NCBI GenBank assembly: GCA_040387855.1
Contig: JAZKCY010000001.1
Location: forward strand, 381,857-445,856
Length of the DNA: 64,000 bases
Origin: Patescibacteria group bacterium
GTDB lineage: Bacteria > Patescibacteriota > Minisyncoccia > Phycocordibacterales > JAKAEA01
Direction of reading: 5' to 3'
Both the position numbers and the translations under genes were made by a program. Numbering within the stretch: position 1 is the first letter of the stretch; the number at the start of each line of letters is the position of its first letter. Shown piece after piece: positions 37,817-47,260 of the stretch. The notes beneath the pieces were generated by a model. The model saw only the letters and a list, made by a program, of their open reading frames with translations. It had not been told where the DNA came from and made no database searches.

Positions 37817-38580
37817 AATTAGATATTATTTTACGAACTCATTCTACAGGTAACTTGCGACCAGGCACACGTTTTCTACAAGTACCAAAAGAACAGTTGG
37901 TTTTAACATGTACCACTTCACTCATAAATTCTGCGAATCTCGTTTCGCCAGATGACCACGAAATAAAAATAGTAATAGTAGATGATCACTCAACAGAATC
38001 ATGCGTTGCTGGCTTGAAAAGAATTTTAGCAACTTCAAAACATCCAACACAACTAATTCAGATAGAACAACCGGGGCATGCTGCATCGCTTATGGCTTGC
38101 TATGAATATGGTAGAGATCATGCTCGAGATGTTATCTATTTTATTGAAGATGATTACCTTCACTTTCCGTCTGCGATCTCTGAAATGATTGAAATGTACG
38201 ATTGGGTAAAGGCTAGCCTGGGTGATAAAGAAGTTGCGCTCTTAGCAAATGATGATCCTGATAGTTATCGTAATCCTTGGATGGAACCAGCAAGGATTGT
38301 ATTAGGTAAGTATCGTCATTGGAGAACAAACTTGTTTTCTACTAGCTCATTTTGGTTTTCAAAAAAAACACTGCTTAAGTATTGGGACATTTATATGCGG
38401 CATACACATTACGGGGAACATGAAGTGATTCATGAGGGTACGACTGTCGATAGAGTATGGCGACATTCTGTTCAATTGTTTACTCCAATACCATCATTAG
38501 CTGTTCATATGGAATACACAGACAATATTGCTCCATTTGTTTATTGGGAAGGCCTGTGGAAAAGTATTATAGTGCCGTAG
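37813..38580 (+). CDS. GT-A-fold glycosyltransferase (DXD = EDDY), tandem paralog 3
   Basis: MKLDIILRTHSTGN...IVIVDDHS...YFIEDDYLH...RHWRTN...LAVHME. Confidence 0.55.
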   Translation: MKLDIILRTHSTGNLRPGTRFLQVPKEQLVLTCTTSLINSANLVSPDDHEIKIVIVDDHSTESCVAGLKRILATSKHPTQLIQIEQPGHAASLMACYEYGRDHARDVIYFIEDDYLHFPSAISEMIEMYDWVKASLGDKEVALLANDDPDSYRNPWMEPARIVLGKYRHWRTNLFSTSSFWFSKKTLLKYWDIYMRHTHYGEHEVIHEGTTVDRVWRHSVQLFTPIPSLAVHMEYTDNIAPFVYWEGLWKSIIVP

Positions 38581-38615
38581 TGTATAATCTAGAGTACGGA
38601 TTGGTATTCTAGATT

Positions 38616-39641
38616 ATGAAAAAACTACTAAATTTTGTTAAATATAATAACTTCTTTTCTCTCGGAGTTATGTTTCTGTTACTTGGAACTGGAGTGACTT
38701 TTGCTGCGAGTCCTACCGCACGTGATGCAATAGTTTTAAAAAATGAATCTGTTGTATCTATTGATAATACCTATATTATTAGTGTAAATTTAAATGCATT
38801 TAACCCAAATCTAAAGATTACTACAATTACTGAAGATGCAGTTAATTACAATGTAGGGTACAGCTACGATACAATTGATCTTATTGATGATATCTGGCAG
38901 CGTGCTACATTACAAAAAACGTTGGTAGTGTCTAAAGAAGCATTGCAAGGTAAAGATCTTGGATTATTTGTATCTGAGCAATTAAGTCAGATGGTAGATA
39001 GTCATTTGGCATATCTTAAAAATGTACAAAAGATAGAAATAACTAAAGGTGCTACACAAAAAATTGTTGCTACTGAATATTCCGGCCTTCTTGGAAGTGT
39101 ATTGAGTTCACAGGAAAAAGTATTCAATGGATATGTTCCTGTGATTCCTCCAGAAAATAAAGATGAAGAAAAGACAGAGACACTTGCTGTGAATGAAGAA
39201 CCAGAATCAGAACGATCAAAATCAATCGGAGCTGCAGAACGAGCTGCTATTCAACAGCAGAAAGATGAGGAAGCTCGACGACAATCTGAAGAAGCTAGAA
39301 TTAGAGATGAAGTGAATCGAATGCTTGAAGAACAAAATAAACCACAAGAAGAAGTTCCAGCTGAAACTGAAGAGCCAGCTCAACCAGTTGGATCTGCAAG
39401 TGGTAGTGAGTCAGAAATAGAAACTCCAACCCCGGAACCCACACCAACTCCGGAGCCTATACCAGAACCTGAACCAACTCCGACCCCAGAGCCAACTCCA
39501 ACACCGGAACCAGAACCCACACCAACCCCAGAACCTCAGCCTGAGCCAACACCGACTCCAGAACCAACTCCTACACCTGAGCCAGCACCAGAGGCCGAAG
39601 AGCCAGTTACAACCCCATCAGAACCTGCTCCTGATCAATAA
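38616..39641 (+). CDS. Secreted protein with a charged coiled-coil segment and a C-terminal (P-T/E-P) repeat tract
   Basis: Signal peptide ends AAS. The C-terminus is (T/E)P(T/E)P repeats of about 80 aa. Confidence 0.55.
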   Translation: MKKLLNFVKYNNFFSLGVMFLLLGTGVTFAASPTARDAIVLKNESVVSIDNTYIISVNLNAFNPNLKITTITEDAVNYNVGYSYDTIDLIDDIWQRATLQKTLVVSKEALQGKDLGLFVSEQLSQMVDSHLAYLKNVQKIEITKGATQKIVATEYSGLLGSVLSSQEKVFNGYVPVIPPENKDEEKTETLAVNEEPESERSKSIGAAERAAIQQQKDEEARRQSEEARIRDEVNRMLEEQNKPQEEVPAETEEPAQPVGSASGSESEIETPTPEPTPTPEPIPEPEPTPTPEPTPTPEPEPTPTPEPQPEPTPTPEPTPTPEPAPEAEEPVTTPSEPAPDQ

Positions 39642-39709
39642 AATACTGTTATTTTAGGCTTTATAATTAGTTTTGACCCAACAGGAATTTTCCTGTACTA
39701 TTCAACTAC

Positions 39710-40957
39710 ATGAAACAATCTTTTCTTTTCACAAAAACACGTCGGGAAGCACCAAAAGACGAAGTCTCAAAAAATGCTCAGCTTCTTATTAGAGCCGGAT
39801 ATATTCACAAAGAAATGGCAGGTGTGTATTCTTATTTACCACTTGGACTAAAAGTTTTAAATAATATTGAGAATGTTATTCGAGAAGAAATGAATGCAAT
39901 AGAAGGACAGGAAGTACAACTTACTGCGCTACAAGATAAAAATAAATGGGAAGCAGTAGATCGATGGGATGATAAGAATGTTGATGTATGGTTTAAGACT
40001 AAGTTAAAAAACGATACAGATATTAGTCTTGCGTATACTCATGAACCTGCAATTACTGTAGTAATGAAAGATTATATAACTTCATATAGAGATCTCCCTC
40101 AATATCCATATCAGTTTCAAACTAAATTTCGAAATGAAACACGAGCAAAAAGTGGAATCTTTCGTGGTAGAGAATTCTTGATGAAAGATTTGTATTCTTT
40201 CTCTAAAACTCAAGAAGAACTCGATACATTTTATGAGAAAGCTATTGTTGCATACAAAAATATATTTAATCGTGTGGGTCTTGGAGATAAAACATATTTA
40301 ACATTAGCAAGTGGTGGATCATTTGGTTCAAAATATTCTCATGAATTTCAAACACTTACTGGAGCAGGGGAAGATAATATCTATATCCATAAAGGGAAAA
40401 ATATAGCTATTAACGATGAAGTCTACAATGATGAAACTCTTGAAATGCTAGGTATTAAAAAAGAAGAATTAATACAGGATAAATCAGTTGAAGTAGGAAA
40501 TATCTACAAACTAGGGACATTTTATTCAGGACCACTTGAATTGAAATACACAACAAGTACAGGTGAAAGTAAGGAAGTTATTATGGGTAGTTATGGTATT
40601 GGTTTGGGACGTGTTATGGGAACCATAGTAGAAGTATTATCTGACGAAAAAGGTATTGTTTGGCCAGAAAGTATAGCACCATTTAAAATTCACCTTATAT
40701 TACTTGGTGGAAAAGATGATAAAGCAAAAAACTATGCTGATGAGCTCTACAAAAAGCTTAGTGAAAAAAATGTTGAAGTGCTTTATGACGATAGAGACGC
40801 TCGAGCAGGAGAAAAGTTTGCAGATTCAGATCTGATAGGAATTCCATATAGAGTAATAGTAAGTGACAAGGGAATGGAAGCTGGAAAACTAGAAATGAAA
40901 GTACGAAAGACAGGAGAGATACAAAGTATTACCGAAGAAGAACTGTTCACCCTATAA
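39710..40957 (+). CDS. proS: Prolyl-tRNA synthetase, short form with no INS editing domain
   Basis: The N-terminus is ProRS-like. Class II motifs (FRNETRAKSGIFRGREF). C-terminal anticodon-binding domain. 415 aa. Confidence 0.8.
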   Translation: MKQSFLFTKTRREAPKDEVSKNAQLLIRAGYIHKEMAGVYSYLPLGLKVLNNIENVIREEMNAIEGQEVQLTALQDKNKWEAVDRWDDKNVDVWFKTKLKNDTDISLAYTHEPAITVVMKDYITSYRDLPQYPYQFQTKFRNETRAKSGIFRGREFLMKDLYSFSKTQEELDTFYEKAIVAYKNIFNRVGLGDKTYLTLASGGSFGSKYSHEFQTLTGAGEDNIYIHKGKNIAINDEVYNDETLEMLGIKKEELIQDKSVEVGNIYKLGTFYSGPLELKYTTSTGESKEVIMGSYGIGLGRVMGTIVEVLSDEKGIVWPESIAPFKIHLILLGGKDDKAKNYADELYKKLSEKNVEVLYDDRDARAGEKFADSDLIGIPYRVIVSDKGMEAGKLEMKVRKTGEIQSITEEELFTL

Positions 40958-40973
40958 AGATTTAAAAAGTATA

Positions 40974-42041
40974 ATGTTCAAAAATTTCCGACAAAGACTT
41001 ACAAAAATGTTTAGCAATGAGATCGGCATCGATCTTGGAACTGCTAATACATTGGTCTATTTACGTGGTCGTGGAATTGTAATTAATGAACCATCAGTAG
41101 TTGCAATCAATCAGAAGACAGGAACTGTAGTTGCAATTGGAACACAAGCAAAAGATATGCTTGGACGTACTCCTCAGCATATTATCGCAGTAAAACCGCT
41201 TGTAGACGGAGTTATATCAGATTTTGAGGTGACAGAAGAAATGATTACCTATCTACTAAACAAAGCGCAGAAAGATACAAAAAAGTTTCTCGGTCCAAAA
41301 GTAGTGGTGGGTGTGCCATCAGGAATTACCAATGTTGAGACACGAGCAGTTCGAGATGCTACAAAAAACGCAGGAGCTAGAGAAGTATATATAGTTGAAG
41401 AGCCTATGGCCGCTGCTGTTGGTATTCGCTTGCCTGTAATGGAACCAGTTGGAAATATGATTATTGATATTGGTGGTGGAACAACCGATATTGCCGTTAT
41501 ATCACTTGGTGGTGTTGTTGTTTCAAAAAATCTAAAAATAGCAGGTGATAAGCTTAATGCAGATATCACTACCTATATCCGAAGTGAATTTAAAATTTTA
41601 ATTGGTGAAAAGACTGCAGAGCAAATTAAAATTACAATTGGCGCAGTATTGCCGGGAGAAACTCCCATGGAATCTATAATTAAGGGAAGAGATCTCGTTA
41701 CTGGTTTGCCACGTGAAGTAGTTATTACAGATGCTGATATCCGAGAAGCAACATCTCAATCTATAGAGACATTGCTTGAAGCTTCAAAAGAAGTTCTTGA
41801 AACTACACCTCCAGAAATTATTGCTGATGTCATGCACCGAGGGATTTACCTTACTGGTGGAGGGGCTCTTATAAAGGGACTTCATGTGTTACTTGCAGAC
41901 TTTCTGAAAATTCCTGTTCATGTGGCAGAGGATCCTCTTACTGCTGTTGCCCGTGGAACTGGTATTATTTTAGAAAATATACCAAAATATCAAGATATTT
42001 TGATTCAAAACGAAGATGATCTACCAGCCGCGAGATACTAA
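40974..42041 (+). CDS. mreB: Rod-shape protein MreB (paralog 2, in the mreBCD-mrdA operon)
   Basis: GIDLGTANTLVY. Full-length actin-fold. Confidence 0.9.
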   Translation: MFKNFRQRLTKMFSNEIGIDLGTANTLVYLRGRGIVINEPSVVAINQKTGTVVAIGTQAKDMLGRTPQHIIAVKPLVDGVISDFEVTEEMITYLLNKAQKDTKKFLGPKVVVGVPSGITNVETRAVRDATKNAGAREVYIVEEPMAAAVGIRLPVMEPVGNMIIDIGGGTTDIAVISLGGVVVSKNLKIAGDKLNADITTYIRSEFKILIGEKTAEQIKITIGAVLPGETPMESIIKGRDLVTGLPREVVITDADIREATSQSIETLLEASKEVLETTPPEIIADVMHRGIYLTGGGALIKGLHVLLADFLKIPVHVAEDPLTAVARGTGIILENIPKYQDILIQNEDDLPAARY

Positions 42042-42822
42042 ACGTAGAAGTCAAAAAAGAGCAGTCTCTGTTCTTATCATATTCGCTATTGCTGCTATTG
42101 TGGGTCTCATAAATTGGCTTTCTCCACAATTGTTTATGCCGGCAACACATGCTGCAGGTGTTCCTATCATGTACTCCCAAGCAGCTGTAGAAAATGCTAC
42201 AGATACTATTTGGGGAGTTTTAAAATCAAAACGAACGCTTCTTGAGCACAATCGTTCTTTGCGTGAACAACTAGCTCTCATGGAAGCTACTGTTTTAGAA
42301 AAAAATATTTTAACAGAAGAAAACGAATCACTACGAAAGTTACTAGGAAGAGAGAATGCATCCACTACTTCCATCGTAGCTCGAATTATTTCAAAACCAG
42401 GTTTTTCTCCTTATGACACTATTATAATTGATGCTGGAGATCAGGAGGGAGTTGTTGTTGGAGATACTGTTGTTGTTAACGGTTCAGTGCTTGTAGGCAA
42501 AGTTGCCACTACAGCTGCTCATAGTTCTAATGTTGTCCTGTATTCATCACCTGAACAGAAAGTTCAAGTGCTTATTGGTCCACAGGCCGTAGAGACCACT
42601 GCATTTGGAAAAGGAGGAGGGAATTTTGAAGTGAAATTACCTCGCAACGCCTCAATCAAAGAAGGAGACAGTGTTGTTATGGCAGAACATCCTGAATATA
42701 TATTTGGAGCAATTACTTCAATTCAAATTTCAGATGCAGACTCATTTGAAAAAGTTCTCTTTAGAAGTGCTATTGATGTGACAGAAACAAAATTTGTGAC
42801 TGTAGAGCAACCTATCAAATAG
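42016..42822 (+). CDS. mreC: Rod-shape protein MreC
   Basis: N-terminal TM, coiled coil (LREQLALMEATVLEKNILTEENESLRKLL), then beta-rich domain. Position after mreB. Confidence 0.75.
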   Translation: MIYQPRDTKRRSQKRAVSVLIIFAIAAIVGLINWLSPQLFMPATHAAGVPIMYSQAAVENATDTIWGVLKSKRTLLEHNRSLREQLALMEATVLEKNILTEENESLRKLLGRENASTTSIVARIISKPGFSPYDTIIIDAGDQEGVVVGDTVVVNGSVLVGKVATTAAHSSNVVLYSSPEQKVQVLIGPQAVETTAFGKGGGNFEVKLPRNASIKEGDSVVMAEHPEYIFGAITSIQISDADSFEKVLFRSAIDVTETKFVTVEQPIK

Positions 42823-42824
42823 TT

Positions 42825-43088
42825 ATGTCATACCGAATTCTTTTTGATTGCATCTTAGGTATCTCAATATTCTTTTTGCCTTGGTGGATTCCATTTTTAG
42901 CAGCTTGTATAGCCGTATTTTTTCTAGATTCATTTTATGAAATTGTTGTGCTGGGCGTGATCATTGATTCGCTGTATAATGCACCTATAGTTCGCTTTCA
43001 CAATATTCAGTTTGTAATTACATTTCTTGCTCTCTTTGTTACGTTGATAGGTTCATTTATAAAAAACAAATTAAGATTTTATAACTAA
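42825..43088 (+). CDS. mreD: Rod-shape protein MreD-like small membrane protein
   Basis: 87 aa with 3 TM. Placed between mreC and the PBP2 gene. Confidence 0.5.
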   Translation: MSYRILFDCILGISIFFLPWWIPFLAACIAVFFLDSFYEIVVLGVIIDSLYNAPIVRFHNIQFVITFLALFVTLIGSFIKNKLRFYN

Positions 43089-44803
43089 TGGTTAGGTTTA
43101 AGGACATTAAAAAAATATTCTCACGAAAAAGAACGTTTAATAATGTTGATATTGCTCCAGATGAGATTCTTATTGATGCATCAAATCTCCCAGAATTTGA
43201 TCAACATCAATTTGAAGGTCGAATTGAAAAACCGATTTCGCCGCGGATTATTATATTTCTCGGATTTATTTTTTTAGCAGTTGGTGGGGTATTCACATAT
43301 AAGGCTTGGTCACTTCAAATTGCTAATGGTGCAGAGTTTGCTGAGCGTAGTGAAAACAACAGCTTGCGTCATACTCTCGTATTTTCTGATCGAGGGGTTA
43401 TTTATGATCGCAATAAAACACTCTTGGCTTGGAATATTAAAAATCCTGAAGATGATGATTTCTCATTTAGAAGGTATGCAACAACAACAGGTCTTTCAAA
43501 TTTGATTGGATACATTAAATATCCGTCAAAAGACACCTCGGGTTTTTACTATCGAGAAGATTATCTCGGTATGGACGGAATCGAAAAGTTTTACAACGAA
43601 AAATTGAAGGGAACTAATGGTTTGAAAATTACCGAAACAGATGTTCACCGTACGGTGATTTCTCAGAGTGTATTGAATCCGCCAGAAACTGGAGGTGATG
43701 TTGTACTTTCAATAGATTCACGAATCCAGTCAAAGATGTATGACGTTATTGCACAAGTTGCACAGGAGCGTGGATTTACAGGAGGAGCTGGGGCAATGAT
43801 GGATGTTCGTACAGGGGAAATAATTGCTTCGGTTACATATCCAGAGTACAACTCTCAAGTACTCACCGATGGAACTGACCGTGAAAAAATCCAGCATTAC
43901 TTTACCGATAAAAGCACTCCTGTGCTCGATCGTGTTTCTTCTGGGTTGTATACACCTGGTTCTATTGTAAAGCCATTTATGTCTATTGCAGCGCTTAGTG
44001 AAAAGGTTATTACACCTGAAAAAGTGATTTATACAACAGGATCTATTTCACTTAAGAATCCATACAATCCAGATATTACCTATGTATTTCGTGATTGGAA
44101 AAATCATGGACCTGTAGATATGCGTAAAGCAATTGAACAATCTTCAGATGTGTATTTTTATGAGGTGGGTGGTGGATATCAAGATCAAAAGGGAATGGGG
44201 ATTTTAAATATAGAAAAATATTCTCGAATGTTTGGTTTTGGTCGCCCTGTAGGGTCAGACTTTTTTGGAAATAAAGCAGGAACAATTCCTAGTCCGGATT
44301 GGAAAAAAGCAACGTTTGATGGAGAAGAATGGACTGTGGGAAATACCTATCACTCGGTGATTGGTCAATATGGTTTTCAGGTAACGCCACTTCAGGTGGT
44401 GCGATCTGTAGCTGCTATCGCAAATTATGGAACGCTCGTTAAGCCAACTATTATTTCTGGAGACACAACAATGATGGATGAAACTGAAAAGATCAATTTA
44501 CCGCGGTCATATTTTAATGTGGCACATGAAGGAATGCGTCAGGCAGCTGTACAAGGCAGTGCACAGGCTCTCAATGTGTCATATGTGAAATTTGGAGCTA
44601 AGACTGGTACAGCAGAGCTTGGTGTAAAGAAGGATTTTGTAAACTCATGGGTAACAGGGTTTTTTCCTTATGAAAATCCCAAGTATTCGTTTGTTGTACT
44701 AATGGAGCGTGGACCGGTAAAAAACCTAGTAGGAGCTTCATCCGTTAGCCGACAGATCTTTGATTGGATGAATGTTAATACGCCAGAATACTTTGCAAAT
44801 TAA
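43088..44803 (+). CDS. mrdA: Penicillin-binding protein 2 (elongasome transpeptidase)
   Basis: SxxK (GSIVKPF), SSDVYF and KTGTA motifs. N-terminal TM and dimerisation domain. Its start overlaps the mreD stop. Confidence 0.85.
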   Translation: MVRFKDIKKIFSRKRTFNNVDIAPDEILIDASNLPEFDQHQFEGRIEKPISPRIIIFLGFIFLAVGGVFTYKAWSLQIANGAEFAERSENNSLRHTLVFSDRGVIYDRNKTLLAWNIKNPEDDDFSFRRYATTTGLSNLIGYIKYPSKDTSGFYYREDYLGMDGIEKFYNEKLKGTNGLKITETDVHRTVISQSVLNPPETGGDVVLSIDSRIQSKMYDVIAQVAQERGFTGGAGAMMDVRTGEIIASVTYPEYNSQVLTDGTDREKIQHYFTDKSTPVLDRVSSGLYTPGSIVKPFMSIAALSEKVITPEKVIYTTGSISLKNPYNPDITYVFRDWKNHGPVDMRKAIEQSSDVYFYEVGGGYQDQKGMGILNIEKYSRMFGFGRPVGSDFFGNKAGTIPSPDWKKATFDGEEWTVGNTYHSVIGQYGFQVTPLQVVRSVAAIANYGTLVKPTIISGDTTMMDETEKINLPRSYFNVAHEGMRQAAVQGSAQALNVSYVKFGAKTGTAELGVKKDFVNSWVTGFFPYENPKYSFVVLMERGPVKNLVGASSVSRQIFDWMNVNTPEYFAN

Positions 44804-44850
44804 TGTGAAAAAAGGTATACTTTGCTCAATTTTAAATTAAACAACGGCCA

Positions 44851-45321
44851 ATGAAAACTGATACAACACAGTACCTTACAAAAGAAAAACATGAAGAGCT
44901 TAAGAAAGAGCTCGAGCAACTTCGAACTGTAGGACGCCGTGAAGTAGCTGAAGAATTGGAATACTCAAAACAGTTGGGAGATCTTTCAGAAAATGCAGAA
45001 TATCATCAGGCACGAGAACGACAAGCTATTTTGGAAGAACGAATTAGTAAACTTGATGGACTCCTAAAGTCTGCATCTATTGTTGATGCTCATCATACAG
45101 AAGCCGTAAACGTGGGATCAGAAGTTGAGCTTCAGAAAGAAGGAAAAAAAGAAACAGTAAAATATACTATTGTAGGATCAGAAGAAGCAGACATGTCAAA
45201 GTTTAAACTTTCAGTTGCGTCTCCACTAGGACAAGCACTTCGGGGTAAAAAGAAAGGTGAAACATTTGTATTACAAACTCCTGGAGGAAAAGTGAGTTAT
45301 AAAGTTGTTAATATTGCGTAA
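44851..45321 (+). CDS. greA: Transcription elongation factor GreA
   Basis: N-terminal coiled coil with the acidic tip (GDLSENAEY) and a C-terminal FKBP-like domain. Confidence 0.9.
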   Translation: MKTDTTQYLTKEKHEELKKELEQLRTVGRREVAEELEYSKQLGDLSENAEYHQARERQAILEERISKLDGLLKSASIVDAHHTEAVNVGSEVELQKEGKKETVKYTIVGSEEADMSKFKLSVASPLGQALRGKKKGETFVLQTPGGKVSYKVVNIA

Positions 45322-45348
45322 GTATCTGAGTCAGCTTACACTTGAGTT

Positions 45349-47250
45349 ATGGCATCACTAGAAGAATTACGTGAAGCTCGGCTTCAAAAGCTAGAGCTTC
45401 TTAAAAAAGAGGGCATTAATCCATATCCTGCAAAAACAAAGCGTGATCATTCTATAGATCATGTTATTAGTAGTTTTGAAAATTTAGAGAAAGAACAAAC
45501 AACTATCACACTCGCAGGACGAGTAATGTCTATTCGAGCGCAAGGTGGATTGGTTTTCTTTAACTTATTTGACGGTACTGCAAAATTTCAAGGCTTACTA
45601 AAACAAGAAGAAGTAGATGCAAAAATCTATGATCTTTTTAATGCTGCAGTAGATATTGGAGACTTTGTAGAAGTAACCGGAACAGTATTTGTAACTAAGC
45701 GTGGAGAAAAAACACTCAGTGTTAAATCATGGGCAATGCTTTCAAAAACTATGTTGCCACTTCCAGAAAAATGGCATGGTCTACAGGATAATGATGAAAA
45801 GCTTCGTAAGCGATATTTAGATATTCTGTTTAATCCTGAACTTAAAGATCTTATAGAAAAGAAAGCAAAGTTTTGGCAATCAATGAGAAACTTTTTAATT
45901 ACTGAAGGTTTCTTAGAAGTTGAAACTCCAATTATAGAAAATACTACTGGAGGTGCAGATGCTCGACCTTTTGCTACTCACCACAATGCTTTAGATATTG
46001 ATGTATATCTTAGAATTTCAGCTGGTGAATTATGGCAAAAGAGATTAATGGTTGCTGGTTTTCCAAAAGTTTTTGAAATAGGACGAGTATTCCGAAATGA
46101 AGGAATGTCGCCAGAGCATGCTCAGGATTATACTCAGATGGAATTTTACTGGGGCTATGCTGATTATGAAAAAGGCATGGATTTAGTAGAGCGAATGTAC
46201 AAGTATGTAGCTCAGGAGACGTTTGGCAAACTTCAATTTAAAATTGGAGAATTTGATGTCGATTTAAACAAAACATGGGAACGATTTGATTATGCAGAAA
46301 CTATTAAGAAATTTACTGAAATAGATATTTCACAGGCTACTCTTCAAGAGATTGAAGAAAAATTAAGAGCACTTGAAATTAAATTTGATACTAATGGTTG
46401 GAACTTTTCTCGTGCAGTAGATATCCTTTGGAAATATTGTCGAAAGCAAATTAGTGGTCCTGGATTTCTAGTTAATGTACCAAAGTTTCTTTCACCACTT
46501 GCTAAGTCACATGAGGGAAATACAAATGTTGTACAGCAATTCCAGCCCCTCATTGCAGGTAGTGAGCTTGGGAAGGGTTATAGTGAGCTTAATGACCCAA
46601 TAGATCAAGCAGAACGATTTTTGGAGCAAGAGAAGCTACGTTTAGATGGTGATGAAGAAGCACAAATGAATGATACCGACTTTGTTGAGGCTCTTGAGCA
46701 TGGTATGCCTCCTACATGTGGGTTCGGAATTAGTGAGCGGTTATTCTCATATCTTGCAAATAAGCCTATTCGAGAAACTCAGATTTTCCCATTGATGAAA
46801 CCACTTCAAGAAGGTGGAGCAAAAAAGAAAGAAGCAAAAGTTGCGGTAGCTCTTATTAATAAGGGAGCAAACCTTGTAGGCTGGCAGGAAAAAAATGCTA
46901 TAGCTCATCTTACTGCAGCATTTGGCGCACGAAGAGGAAAAGAACTATTTAAATTTAATTCTGTAGCAACTTCGGATGATCAAAAGATTAATTTAAATAT
47001 TCAGCATGCTATCTTAATTAAAGATGCAGACTCATCTGATGCATTGTATAATGTATCTCACGTAGCAAAATCACAGGGACTCGAAGTTTCTGAATTTACC
47101 CGTGAAATGCTTGAGACAACCAACGATAAAAAGGTTGCTGAAAATACAAAGTCGAAACCTGTAAAAGATATAGAATTCCTTGGAGTTCTTGTCTTTGGGT
47201 ATAAATCAGAAGTTGACGAATTAACAAAACAGTTTAAACTTTCAGAATAA
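45349..47250 (+). CDS. lysS: Lysyl-tRNA synthetase (class II) with a ~150-aa C-terminal extension
   Basis: OB-fold N-domain and class II motifs 1-3 (FRNEG, GFGIGIDR-type). The canonical LysRS body ends near ...IFPLMKP (~aa 485). The remaining ~150 aa form an extra domain. Confidence 0.85.
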   Translation: MASLEELREARLQKLELLKKEGINPYPAKTKRDHSIDHVISSFENLEKEQTTITLAGRVMSIRAQGGLVFFNLFDGTAKFQGLLKQEEVDAKIYDLFNAAVDIGDFVEVTGTVFVTKRGEKTLSVKSWAMLSKTMLPLPEKWHGLQDNDEKLRKRYLDILFNPELKDLIEKKAKFWQSMRNFLITEGFLEVETPIIENTTGGADARPFATHHNALDIDVYLRISAGELWQKRLMVAGFPKVFEIGRVFRNEGMSPEHAQDYTQMEFYWGYADYEKGMDLVERMYKYVAQETFGKLQFKIGEFDVDLNKTWERFDYAETIKKFTEIDISQATLQEIEEKLRALEIKFDTNGWNFSRAVDILWKYCRKQISGPGFLVNVPKFLSPLAKSHEGNTNVVQQFQPLIAGSELGKGYSELNDPIDQAERFLEQEKLRLDGDEEAQMNDTDFVEALEHGMPPTCGFGISERLFSYLANKPIRETQIFPLMKPLQEGGAKKKEAKVAVALINKGANLVGWQEKNAIAHLTAAFGARRGKELFKFNSVATSDDQKINLNIQHAILIKDADSSDALYNVSHVAKSQGLEVSEFTREMLETTNDKKVAENTKSKPVKDIEFLGVLVFGYKSEVDELTKQFKLSE

Positions 47251-47260
47251 TTACAAATAT

